A DNA stretch of 64,000 nucleotides. Source: Ramazzottius varieornatus. Taxonomy: Eukaryota > Animalia > Tardigrada. Of this stretch, positions 26,222 to 41,133 are shown in pieces (position 1 is the first letter of the stretch; every line of letters starts with the position of its first letter). The notes beneath the pieces were generated by a model. That model ran no database searches. It was not told the origin of the DNA and saw only the letters and a list, made by a program, of their open reading frames with translations. Location of the stretch: the NCBI GenBank assembly GCA_001949185.1, contig BDGG01000009.1, forward strand, positions 485,624 to 549,623, written 5' to 3'. Made by a program: the position numbers and the translations under genes.

Positions 26222-29200
26222 TCAACTATGTTGGCGATAATACTTCACACCGAAGTATATTCCCGCAGCAGCCACCGCAGCAGCTGCCCCGTAGTACAGC
26301 CACTTACGACCTGACCCGGAGGGTGAAGATGCCGGCCTACTCCGACTGGAACTATCGGACTGGGTCGTCGTTGTTGTGACAGTCTCTTTCACGACACTGG
26401 TAGCTGACTCGGCTGACTTGGGTGGTTGTTGTCCGAACATGCGCTTGGCCATCTCGCGTTCCTTACTATCAGACTTCTGTTTCTGTTTGTTCAAGAACTG
26501 CATGTCCTCACGAAGTTTCTGGGAAGACAGATATCGGATTATTTCGACAAGTGAACTGAACAGGAAGGTGCCGACGTCGTACCTTGGCATGAGTCTCTCC
26601 GATAACGGCTTCCTTCTTAAGCGCGTCTTCACATGTCTCCAAAGCTTCTTCGTACTGGCCTTTCTCCCGTTGGATTTTAACTTTCCGACAGATGAGTTTT
26701 CCGTCATTGGGCAGGTAGCGTAGAGCGCTGTTGACGGAACGAAGTCCTTCGTCCCATACTTGCTTCTGCGAATCAAACGGAAAGACGCATGATTTGAGGG
26801 GAAGAACAGTGAGAAGATCAATTGAAGCTTGGCACACACTCAGCAAGATTGCTTTCCCAAGTGGCGCACATTTTCATTGCTGATAGCCAGAAGCGTGCGC
26901 CACTTAAAACTGTCTTCCCAAGTGGCGCACGTTTTCGATGTTTTTGGCTGAGAGCGTGCGTCACTCACAACAACGATCCCGTCGGGATTTTCTGCTCATT
27001 TCTCAAGTCTCATACCTCGACTTGGGCCGAAGAAAGGTTTCCATAAGCACGGCCTTTGGCTGCATTGAGCTTTTCCGTATCTGCAGGTCCCATGAACTGG
27101 TCATAGGGTCGTTCCAGTATGCTGACGGCTCTTTGGTACAAACTCAACGCAATCGCCGGTTCGTTCCGTTTGTACCAAAAGTTGCCGCGGTCGACTTTAT
27201 GGTTCCTACAAAACGTTAGAAACAACCTTAATCAGCAATCATCTTACTTCAGAGAAAGTTCCCAAGACAAGACAACTTACGCCATGTTAACTCTATCTGA
27301 AATGGGAAGCGTTTCAATTTCGATGGGTGGTTCCACATTGAGCAGCTCCACAGTGTAGAGAAGCGTCGCATCGGACGGAATTCCCATTTCCTGACTGTAA
27401 GAAAAAGAAAAAGACCATCACTGTAGATCAACGATGGAACACTCATGAAGGTGTCATAATGAGGACGGGGGAACGTAGTTCACTTACTGGCCGGACTCTC
27501 CATAAGCGAGCTTGGACGCTATTCTGAATTCGGCAATCTCGCCCTTCTCCATGAGCTGAACGGCCAAGTCCAGACCCTGTATCACTTCCAAATCACCGAC
27601 GGTGAACTTGAGCGAATCGTGCTGGTCCACAACCTTCAAGGACGACTCAGCATTCTCAAAGCCAGTGTCCAGTATCGTGGCACTACAACGGATCGTCGCC
27701 TCGGAGAAACGCTGTGGCTTTACATCGGTGTTACCTTTGTGAAGCGTCTAGCAAAACAACACACATGAAAAAATTCCTCAAAAAAATGCAGTATTTGTAC
27801 CGTGATTTGTTTACGGAGAAATTCATGCTTTAGAATAATATCTATAAATTCTTTCTAACCAACAACACTTGGAATCGTTATGTCAAGTGGAGCACGTTTG
27901 CACCGTTATGTCAAGTGGTGCACGTTTGCATTGATACTGGCTAGCAGAGTGCGCCACTTATGTACAGAACGATCCTGTTTGGCCTATCGGTCGGTCTTCA
28001 ATTTTGCTTACCCGTTTCATGAGAATACCAGTTCCCATCACGTCCATCCATTCTGAATCTTTATCTATATGGCTGTTCACTCCAGCCAAAACCTCTTCAA
28101 CGAGGTGTGTGGCGGTCGTTTCGTCAGTGTCACGGAAGGATGTATTAGACGCCATCTGCTGGTCAGACGGCGGCCGAGGAACGACGTAAGGGACGGGGCA
28201 ATCTTCTTCCGTATCCCTGACTGTTGTTGCAGTCTCATTACTCGCTGGAATACCTTCGTTCTGGGGTGAGATGGCGTGCAACTTCTCGTCAAGTGTCGAA
28301 GAGGCCGCGTTATCACCTGCTGCAAGAACAACGCACCGGATATAAATGAACACACAAAATGAATGTCAGGTAATTTTGAATTTTTTCCCCGGAATATAAG
28401 CGGGGGTTCGGCAAACGGTTTACCCGATCGTTTTCAGGTGTGACGCACTCTTCCAGCCAATAGTACTAACGACGTGCGCCATCTGGGACAGTGATCGTGT
28501 GGAGCTTCTTCCAAGTGGCGCACCCTGTGGACTTTCAACACTGAGAAGGTGCGCCACTTGGACTCTGAAGGAGTCTGTTTGCCAACTTTCCGAATCAGAA
28601 GAGCTGATAAACAGAATCAGAGGTACATATTTGCTTCTTCGCACTTATCGGTATACACTCAAGCCAGACTTTCGTGAAGTCAGCGGGTTCTGACTTTTCT
28701 GTGAGCATATTTATAGCCACCGGATGTGAATCGGTCTAGACCATACATACCCGAATAGTGGTTGTCAGCAGCCGATGCTAAAGGGGAATTTTGTTCTTGG
28801 ATGTTACTTCCCAAAGTCGAACCGATACCATCAATAGAGACAGGACTGACAGTGGACAATTCTTTCTGTAGCAAATCTCGCACGGCTTCACCAGCACCGG
28901 TCATACGAATACGGTTAATACGATCAGCGATATTGGTATGCAAGTGCGGCGTGGTAAGATCCGACATAAGCGCCTCCTGAAAGGCCAGGGGATCGGCGGC
29001 GCTGGCCTGAATCGATGGGGTCAAATCTTGGGTTATCGATGAAGTAGAAGACACGCCAGAAGGGACAAACACTGGGGCGTTCACAGACAACGAGGATCGT
29101 TTGGCTGCGTTGTTACTATCGCCAAAGTCATCCCGGACGATGGTGTCGCTTTCGTTGCTAAGAGAACTGGATGTGCCGTTCTGCTCGCGGGTCTCTCCGA

Positions 29201-29345
29201 AGCCATTCTGATAACCATCTTGATGGACACGGTCACCGGAGCCGTCTTCTGCCTTATCCGATTCCTTCAAGGAGTCGACACCTTGGACGATAGGCTGACC
29301 TGTCGAGTCGTCACGAACATATGTATCCGTCTCCTGGCGATCCAT
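26222..29345 (-). CDS. FKBP8: FKBP8/FKBP38-like immunophilin (FKBP domain, TPRs, C-terminal TM) with long N-terminal extension
   Basis: WMDVMGTGILMKR, DLEVIQGLDLAVQLMEKGE...AYG, GNFWYKRNEPAIALSLYQRA TPR, KEREMAKRMFG, tail KWLYYGAAAAVAAAGIYFGVKYYRQHS*. Exon starting 29345 splices in frame (TCG G|gtatgt...ttgcag|CA). Confidence 0.85.
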
Positions 29346-30662
29346 AGTTTCGTTAATCTGGAAAAAACCAGAGAAATGTTGTGTAAACAAATGATTGTTC
29401 GAGACTTTGAACGCACTGCCTCATTGCCTGGAGGAGGGTGAACCAGTTTTCTACCACCTGTCAAAGAAACCATAATATGCATATGCGACTAGGCTGATGC
29501 AACTACTGGCTTTCCCCACAGGCTCCTTGAACGCCGTTGATGCAGCCCAAAAAGAGCCAGACCCTGAAGAAGGTGCGGTAGTTTCCACCCAGACAGATGC
29601 GCATGCAGGAATGGCTTGCTACATGCGATGGTCATCATGATAGTTATACGGTATGATTAGCTACATTCTGTATTTGCTCCGTTGCGGAATACCGACTTAC
29701 TGCTTAGTGGGTTCGCTGTATCAGGATGCTATTGAGAGTCAGTCAAGTCCAGCTGTTGTCGAGGTTGGGTGGGAAAACCCGGCCAAGTTACAGAGTACAG
29801 AAAGAGGAGGTAGAGAACGTCGCCGATGGGAAGATAATTTATACCTTTTCCGAGTTTTTCGGAAATTCGGAACCACTGTTTAACTAACTGTCGGTGGGAA
29901 ACCCCTAATAGTGGAAGGGGCCAGATTCTGGGGAAAAGTGGCAACCGGTGGAAAACCCGGTTTTCATCCAGGAAGTCGGTCCGTACCGTCTTGCGCAGCC
30001 GGGTGCCCCTCAGCTGACCGCGGTATCTGGTGGGGCGGAGCCGCGGAGGGGTCACGTCTTGGGGGTCTTTTCAGATTTTGCCAACGTGCTGGCCTCGACC
30101 TGTCACCTGTATCGACTATCGAGTTCTTCAAGACGCGAAACTTTGATCTTCCCCGCTGTTCTCTCTGTTCTAACTTGCTGGTGACCCCATCCTTGCCAGA
30201 CCCCCCACTGGAGCAGTCCATCCACAGAGTCTGACAAGATACGGAATACCTCCAAAATCATTCTCAGAGCGCCTTCCGTCGTAAGTTGCGCACTTGCGTC
30301 ATCCACTCCGGAATCTGGACCTCGAACTCGTCTCAGGTTACAGGTACGATCACTATTCCTACCATTGCGCATCAGTCATGTGCTTCTTACGGGACTTTCG
30401 GAAGTTGTTCTAGCTGATCCCGTTTAGAGTAGTCATAGCAATGTTTGGCGGTGTTACGCAATGCGGACACCGTCTGACGTTACATGAGTTTCGTATGTGC
30501 ATTTATAGTGTATCATTATACAGACTCGTCATTCGTCACCGTTGTATCAGTAATTCCGCTTGGATGAGCGTTTGGTTCCTCTACACATTCAAGGTAAGCA
30601 CTGGGGAATACTTACATGATCGTCCCAGGTTGAGTGATGCATTCCGTGGCTGTTGCAGGAGA

Positions 30663-32089
30663 ATGAGTAGCTCGGAGGAGGTTTCATGGATCTCGTGGTT
30701 CTGCGGCCTTCGTGGCAACGAGTTTTTCTGCGAGGTGGCTTGCTCATAACAGATCCGCATGCTCCCATTGGACAATGTGTATAACTGTGTCCTAACTACC
30801 GATTCTGCAGGTGGACGAGGATTACATACAGGACAAGTTTAACCTGACGGGACTGAATGAGCAGATTCCACATTATAGGCAAGCACTGGACATGATACTC
30901 GATCTGGAACCAGGTAAAGCAGGCTACTTCCCGTTTGTGTTTGCATAACGACTACTTCATGACTGTTTCTTGCAGAAGAAGAGCTGGAAGATAATCCGAA
31001 CCAGAGCGACCTGATCGAACAAGCAGCAGAGATGGTAAGACTGGAGACGACTGGAGACAATCTTTTTACGACATGAGAAAAGCTGATTTTTTATGCCTGT
31101 CATGAGACGGTCGGATTATGTTCTCCCTTTTGATGTTTCTGTTTGCTTTTGCAGCTTTATGGTTTAATTCATGCACGATACATTCTCACAAATCGTGGCA
31201 TCGCACAAATGGTAGACGAGTCTTCGAAGACAGCGTTGCTTACTTGCTAATGACACCACTTCCGGTACGTCAACTGCGTCGTGTTTCAGGTGGATAAGTA
31301 TCAGACTGGAGACTTTGGGCATTGTCCACGTGTGTATTGCGAGAACCAGCCAGTTCTGCCGATTGGCTTGTCGGATGTTCCAGGTTAGTATGCTCGGATT
31401 TACTTGTTCCTCCATGAGCTTATACAGCGACTTCCGGTCGGCGAAGTGTTTAGTGTCATGGTGAGTAAGCGATGACTTCTTTAGGTGAAAGCATGGTCAA
31501 ACTTTACTGTCCACGCTGCATGGACGTTTACACTCCCAAAAGCTCGCGACATCATCACACCGATGGAGCTTACTACGGGACGGGGTTTCCTCACATGGTC
31601 TTCATGGTTCATCCGGAGCACAGGCCAAAACGACCAGCCAGTCAGTTTGTTGCGCGGTATGTCCTTTCCCTTCTGTAGTATGGACGCTCGACAGACATAG
31701 TCAGCCAGGTCGTTTTTCCCCAGTGATGCGCGTTTCCGGTGTTGTTGGCTCGAAGCGTGCGCCACTTGAAAAAACGATCTTGTCGAGCTCGCTTTCCGAG
31801 CTCCTGTATGTACTTTAATCTTGTCAGCGTACTTTTGGCTGGATTCTTATCCTGATCTGTATTTTGCAGCCTTTTTGGGTTTAAAATTCATCCATTAGCC
31901 TACCAACTACAGTACCAAGCTTCCACACAGAATCCAGCTCCTGCTGCTGCCGTAGCTCAGAAGCCACAAGCGGTCTCCCGACAGGAGCAAAACCGGAACC
32001 GCACCCGAAGCATTTCGAAATCGCCCAACAACAGCGACACTGGATTCCCTGTTTCGCAGGGCCGACTCCCTTGGACGCACGATAAATAG
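30663..32089 (+). CDS. CSNK2B: Casein kinase II regulatory subunit beta, 7 exons
   Basis: [89 protein letters not shown]; splice phases consistent. Confidence 0.98.
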
Positions 32090-32815
32090 GTCTTCAACTT
32101 ACTGTTTGACTATCTCATTTCGGCAGTTTGTGCCAGCTTATTCCTTAACTTAATAGCAGTCGTTTTTTTCTCGTGGGAAATTTCTCCAACAGTGTTTACT
32201 GATGTATTGTTCACATCGTTCTTGGCTGGCCGCGGCAAAGTTTGCTTGGAATATTTTGTACTACCTTGGTAGTTTGCTGGCTTACTGTATGGAAGATACT
32301 GATCGTTGCGTTAACTTATCTCATCAACATTATTCGGTTAGACAGTTTTACTGGCAATAAATATTTTACCACATATTAAACTGTGTCTTCGCTGGGTCCG
32401 GATACTAGTTTGTGAGGAGAAAACCCCCCGATCGCGAACCTTGGGTATACTCGGAGCACTGTGTTACAGACTTACCGGTTTCGCCAAAGAGACAACCGTG
32501 ATTACAAACTCAGTACACAAGTTAAGCTGCCAGCTCCGGTTGCGACTCCGGCTGCTGTTAAGGCTTAGCTCCGCCCCTTTTGTGACGTCTAACCGGAATT
32601 GCCTTCCGGAACCACGGTTATTTTCGAGAAATACGCGTAGTGGAAATACGGTTAATTTAGCATGGTGCAGCAACATGACCGTCTGATTAATCAAACGCGC
32701 GGCCCTTCAAATTTAAATTTTATTTCCAGCCATTTTCTCTATTACTTAGCTTCTTCTTGAATTACTGCTCGCTTTTTCAAGATTCTTGTTTAAATGGTGG
32801 CCTGATAGGTTAAGG

Positions 32816-33750
32816 ATGGACGAGAATGGATTATGTGGGAGTGTGGCGTCTCCTGGATCATCAGTAAGCGGGGGAAAAGAAGTGGAGGCAAAGGCTACTC
32901 GATTCCACTGGGACGAAGAGAGTCAAGTTCGTCTCTTGAAACAATACAGAACGACCATGGAGATATTCGAAGGAACTGAAACGGGAATGTATAATGAGAT
33001 CTTCAAGTCCCTGCTGTCTGCCGGAATGAAGCTCAAGACTGCGCGTGCTGTTCAAGAGAAGACCAAAGCAATTGTTAGTGAATTTGAAGCGTCTAACCGT
33101 ATGGGAGAATGGAAGTCTGGTGATCCTGGTTCCTTTACCGAGAAAGAGAGGTTACTTGTCGACATTATCGAATACATAAACGATCACGGAGTCAAGCGCT
33201 ACTGTAAGCTGTCCAAGAAAAAGAGCTTGGAAGAAGAGAAGCAAGCCCGGAAAGACCAGAAGTTCAAAGACGCAGCAACTTTCAGCAAACGGAAGCGTCG
33301 AAGTGCGCAGGACCATGAACTGACGCCTGATCCATTGGATCGTAAGTAGTGTTCTTCTCGAGATCAAGGTGTACGCTTTCTCTTGAGAATTTGAAATCGT
33401 TTTCCCCAGTATCCTAACCATCATACTTTGTTTTGCAGTAGACAGACAACGACGCTCTCAATACGCCAAAACGAGAGCGAACAAGCTACAATCATATGTT
33501 GAAATCGTTCCTGGAAAGTTCTACGGAGGTGAAAAATAAAGAGCTGCAGATCAAGGAGGAACTCCTGGCAGTCGAACGTACCCGCGAAGCAAGACTGTCT
33601 GAAGAGAGCAAGATGAAGTATGAATTGGAACAGAAACGGATTGAAGCTGACCAGATAAAGATGGTGAACGACCGGAAACGAGAGGAGCTTTTCGCTAACG
33701 TCATGCTAGAAGCTCTCCGAACTTTGAAGAAAGATTTATATACTGTTTGA
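32816..33750 (+). CDS. Harbinger accessory Myb/SANT-like DNA-binding protein with C-terminal coiled coil; one intron from ~33342, acceptor uncertain
   Basis: RFHWDEESQVRLL...YNEIFKSL...KTARAVQEKTKAI trihelix-like pattern; second exon E/K/R-rich; located next to the transposase. Confidence 0.7.
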
Positions 33751-33837
33751 AATGTTAAAAAAACGTTTCCAGAATTAATTTTGTTACATTTACTTTGAAA
33801 TGAAGTATCGCAAAGTAGTCAAAAACCGTTATTGAAT

Positions 33838-34905
33838 TCAATCCAGTCTGTTTTTCAAGTACTGCTCTAAAGACGGAGGAGCTATCCCAAAAAAATCAGA
33901 AACTTTACCACCATGACCAAGACAGACTCTACAATTAGTTAGCAGCGTACCAACTGTGTACAGAGAGCCTACGGACTGCAGAAGAACCTTCAGGTTTTTC
34001 TCAAAATCTAGAAATGCAGATTGCTGAACCACTTCGTCGAAACCCCATTCCACGGCAATCCGGACGCCCGCCATAGCTACGTTGAAGTCTTTCTGCTCAT
34101 CTGACAGAGCAAGCGCTCCATTGCGGAATGGACCTTCGAGGTATTCGGAAATAGGGTATGCAGGATCCCCATAGATACGATAGATCGTCCCGATTACATT
34201 CATTTTCGTCGTCAAAAGCTTTATCAAGCCGCTTTCAGCCAGCATACCAGAATCATGACGTCGTTCAGGCCAAGGTCCATCGAGGTTCACTACCAGACCG
34301 TTAGGTGCCATCACTGACTGAAACTTAAGGCCATGCAGTCGATAATGGCCACTGTAGATGGTTCTTTGATCCTTCTTCGGACGACAGCATGGACGAAACG
34401 TCCCGTCTATGAAGCCCCATATATCGCGAAGTGGTGCGCCTTTCCGCCTGACTGCTCTGCAAAACAAAGCGATATCTTTTGCTGTAAGCCAACACAAATC
34501 TAGAGACATAAGTAGATGTCCAAAGGTAGCATCCACGTGTCCAACAATCCAACTGAACGCCATCGATAATTCGGGCTTGCTCCGACGGTAAATCAGGCTC
34601 AGAGTCGTGTATCGACTTGGATAGCTTAGTCGGCCCAAAAGAATGCACAAGATTTCCGTCCCGTCGAAACGTGATCTGTTTTCCAGAATGACAGACTCAG
34701 GGATGTCGAGGGCTTCCCGTAAGCGAGGAATATTTTCTCGCGTGAAGCGGAACCAGTCCCAAACCAATCCCAAGTCTGAAATCACATCCAAGTCGAAAGG
34801 AATCTTCAACGGTCTTTCCACCTTTGGCAGTGACAACATAAGGACAGTCTCCTCATAAGACAACAGACCCGACATCAGTAACAAGCAAGACGTTTTCTTA
34901 TCCAT
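33838..34905 (-). CDS. Harbinger/HARBI1-type DDE transposase (DDE_Tnp_4), uninterrupted ORF
   Basis: FRFTRENIPRL, WGFIDGT, YSGHYRLHGLKFQSV, RHDSGML, IYGDPAYP, RIAVEWGF. Confidence 0.93.
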   Translation of the reverse strand: MDKKTSCLLLMSGLLSYEETVLMLSLPKVERPLKIPFDLDVISDLGLVWDWFRFTRENIPRLREALDIPESVILENRSRFDGTEILCILLGRLSYPSRYTTLSLIYRRSKPELSMAFSWIVGHVDATFGHLLMSLDLCWLTAKDIALFCRAVRRKGAPLRDIWGFIDGTFRPCCRPKKDQRTIYSGHYRLHGLKFQSVMAPNGLVVNLDGPWPERRHDSGMLAESGLIKLLTTKMNVIGTIYRIYGDPAYPISEYLEGPFRNGALALSDEQKDFNVAMAGVRIAVEWGFDEVVQQSAFLDFEKNLKVLLQSVGSLYTVGTLLTNCRVCLGHGGKVSDFFGIAPPSLEQYLKNRLD

Positions 34906-35460
34906 TCCGTATGGAGTAAGCTCAGACAAAATCTACAGAAACATATTTCTTCCAGCAAGAAACGAAAGAAATTCGCGCAATTTGAACCGTAGCGGAAAGT
35001 TTGAGTGTGCAACAGCTTAACCCGCAAGAAAAAGTTCGCTTACGACTCCGACTCCCGCTGTATCAGCAGTCGGAAAGTGAACCGGAGTGGTGCAGCTTAA
35101 ACTGTGTAGTATTGCTGAGACGACTGGTAGACTTTGTTTAAATTGTTTTACTCTATGAAACCACTTTATTTGTCTTGAAATTTTTGAAAATTCAGACGGG
35201 AAGAGAACTTCATGCCACGCCTTGTTTCTCTTGTCTCATTCGAGCCCATCAAGCCTGTATGATATACAAATCAATGAACCCATTCGAGTGAAACGGCGGT
35301 CAGCTGTTCACTTATGAGTTGCGACTTGCGAGGAGAGTTCGGTTAGAATTTGATTTTATCCGCTTCTTCGGCTTTTGATGCATTTCACCTGTTCCTTCAC
35401 TGTCTTGTCTCTCCTTTAGAATCTAGGTCACTGGAGGCTTGACGAAGTCTTGCGGATAGG

Positions 35461-38118
<2,658 letters not shown>

Positions 38119-38827
38119 GTGTATTGGCAGTTCGCGATTCGAAAGTTACTCCTGCCTATGTTTGACCATTGCTCAACTGTGCGAACCTCCGCATTTTTAA
38201 AATACTCATACTTTTTTGCTTATCTGCTTCCTGTATTTATTATAGCAATGAAAACTCTCAAACACGAGGCTGGCCAGCTTCGTTCTGCTGAGTGAGCGGA
38301 CTACGACATAGAATGCGCGGTAACAAATGCCTTGGATACTTTGTGGAATCTCGCGAAGTGAGAAATGCCACTTGAAGGACCTATAATTGCGACGGTAACA
38401 TTTATTGTTGGCAGACAGTTTGGTGGCAAATACAGTATGAATAAAATTTAAATACAAAGGGTCAAAACCGCGTGCAGGCAAAAAGATAGAAATCACACAA
38501 GTTGTGCGTGCAGAGGGAGAAACAAGAAGTGCTGAGCAAGAACTAAGAAAGTGGAGAGTGGAAACCAGGAAGAAAACAGGACTCAAGAGAAAGAGCAATA
38601 AAAAATCAAAAGCAAGCGGAAAGAATGCACTCGAGCCGAACTCGACATACATAAAACAAGGAACTCAGATAATTTACTGCGAGACATACGAAATTGCAGC
38701 AATAACTGCCACTACCGAGAGCGTTAACAACACGGTGGATTAATTTCTATCGGAAGAAATTTTCGACTTGATATTTTTACAGGAATATTACACCTGGTGT
38801 TTCTGAAGGACCAACGAGTTTCACGAC

Positions 38828-40813
38828 CTAACCTAGCCGATATCCTTTACAGGAGCCCTAAAACACAACAACACAATTTACTCGTCATCGGCTATGATGT
38901 GAAAATATTCGGCAAACCCAAGTACCACTCACCATGAAGGTTCGTCGCATGAAAGATAGGCACTTCCGGAAATTCGATTTCTTCTTCTTGACAGCCCGCT
39001 CCACGACTTTATCCGCTTCGCCAGTCACACCGATGTTGACCGAAGGGGCTCCTGCAAAATCAGTGAGATACACAATGTACATTTGCAGCAACTGTACACG
39101 CGGCAAAATTCGTGGGAATAACGTTACAGTACCTTTAGGTGGAGTTAGGTCCAGGCCGAAGGTGGCGGTCTCGGAGACCTGTTGACCAGTGTGTGCAAGG
39201 CTAGTCGTGTTGCAAAGTTCCACGGAGCCAGCAGACTCCGTGAAGACCGCCGTTGGAACATCGACCAAGCCCGTGAAGGCCGTCAGGCCGGAAGTGGAGG
39301 CCACGATATCATGCTCTGCGAACGACTCCCCTACAAGCATGGAAAACAAACTTGAACTTATTCGTGTCACAACCGACAAACACCTGACCATCAAAAGTCC
39401 TCGACTGATACGACAGACTCACTGCGGGCGAAACGGGGCGAGCAACTTACCTAGAGCAAGACGGAGTTCTTCTGCTGCTGCAATGCGATTAACGATTGCT
39501 TTCCATTGGCTCGAAGCAGCAAACATCCCCCAGTCGCTCTCGGGAAGACCATTCTGAGCGAACCCATCGTCATCAGATGGACTGGCTGTGAACCAGATTA
39601 TAAAATCACAAGAATCAAAGTGTAATACCGGTACTCGTTCATGACGGAGCTCTCTGTTCTAGGACTCTGTGAGACTTACTACTCATATCGGATTGGCGGT
39701 CACCGTCTTCATCACCGAACCCGGAATCTCTCCGGTCTTCAAAAGCCGGATTCGGCCGGTAACTTTGGGCCGCAACGGGAACGTGACGAGGAGTGTCATC
39801 CAGCAGCAACGTGATGGACATCTTCTGGTGCTGGTGGTCTGTCTCAACCAGCAGCCAAGGATGTTCTTGTACGACGTCAGCCTGCAAACAAATATCCAGT
39901 GACGAATCGAGGATTGTAACGCTCAAACTCAGTTGGGTCGAAGAGATGTGAGTGCTTGACAGACAAACTCCACCACATCGTCTTCCCAAGTGGCGCACTC
40001 TCCTGGCCACCAAGACTGAAACGTGCACCACTTGAAAAACCTCGACAAAAATTTTTGCGAAGTGGCGCACGTGCCAGGAGGTAATCCGTTAGAACGTGCG
40101 CCACTTGAAAAAACAATCTGGTCGAGTCTATTTGTCGAGCTGGGACATGATGCCTCCGGGCAGGGAAGCAACAGGAGTGGGGCGTCTTATCTGTACAGCC
40201 AGACGTTGGAGCTGTGTCGGGGATGCGATGGAACTAACGTCGGTTGTCTGAACAGGCCACTGATCCTCCCACATGCCGTCTGTCTCGTAGAACGAAGAAC
40301 TGGAGTAAGGAAATTCGTCCCATGAGCACGAAGACAACTCTGCGTAGTGGAGGCGTTCCGGGTCTCCCGAATGATGAGATGACTGCGTCTAGAAAACAAC
40401 AGGAATATAGTCTTGAATGATCAACATATGCATCAGTCCTTCGTCTCAGGTACAGTACTTCCAGAGGGCACGAAAGCCTACAACTGCTCATATTTCTTCA
40501 GTTCATGGGATTAGATATTGCCATGAAGATCTATGGTTTGGTACACTTACGAGAACGAATCGGCGGAGTGAGGTGCGAAGTCGCTCCAGGCGGAGGCGCT
40601 GTTCTTCTTTGGGATGTCATCGAAAGGATTATCGGGCCAGAATAACGCGTCCAGCCGTGATGTCTCCTTCGTTGGCATCGCGGCCACTTCGGCTTCGTAT
40701 TCCCATTGACTCCCTCGAAGACACACTTGGTCCTGCAGAATCAGGGACAACAATCTGCTCTTCGGCTGCGGTGGTGACACTCGTCCGAAGGCGTGAAGAA
40801 AGCTTCGAGACAT
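38828..40813 (-). CDS. Putative multi-exon orphan protein, S/T/acidic low complexity; start uncertain
   Basis: Chain of GT-AG-bounded open segments, in phase at the junctions checked (DSFS|LSCPLE|TQSSH...; ADVVQEHPWLLVE...; RRTFM|GSCKGYRLG*). No recognisable domain. Confidence 0.5.
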
Positions 40814-41133
40814 CTTCGTCCGCGTTCTGGACAAGCCAAAGACCAATTTGGTACACCGGACGGACAGAGGATGGGAAAGGAAGGTGCTGGGGAATATAAC
40901 AAGAGAATAGAAATAAAACTTGTAAAGGTGTCGCCGGCGAAATGGAGAAGATTCGCGAATGAATGGAGATTCTTCGGTCCATCCATGAGATCATTCTGAC
41001 ATCACGCCATTATGAGTCATTCTTGAGAATCGGCGATAAAATTTTCCGCTGACGTAAAAACAAGGATTCCATTGCAAAACAGCAGTTGATGGTGGCGCCA
41101 TCTGACCAGAGACCGCGAGAATCTATGACGTAG

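Larger units (their letters stand above)
32514..35108. mobile_element. PIF/Harbinger DNA transposon with two convergent genes; exact termini uncertain
   Basis: Imperfect inverted repeats (left tacacaagttaagctgccagctccggttgcgactccggctgctg vs reverse complement of ~35064-35108) flank a Myb/SANT-like gene and a DDE transposase. Confidence 0.8.

Noticed and set aside
29729-30372. Short minus-strand ORFs upstream of FKBP8
   Set aside because: No recognisable protein; more likely 5' UTR/uORF or promoter shared with CK2 beta.
40417-41000. Plus-strand ORFs as the LINE ORF1 or APE N-terminus
   Set aside because: No APE N-terminal motifs; better explained as antisense to exons of the minus-strand orphan gene.
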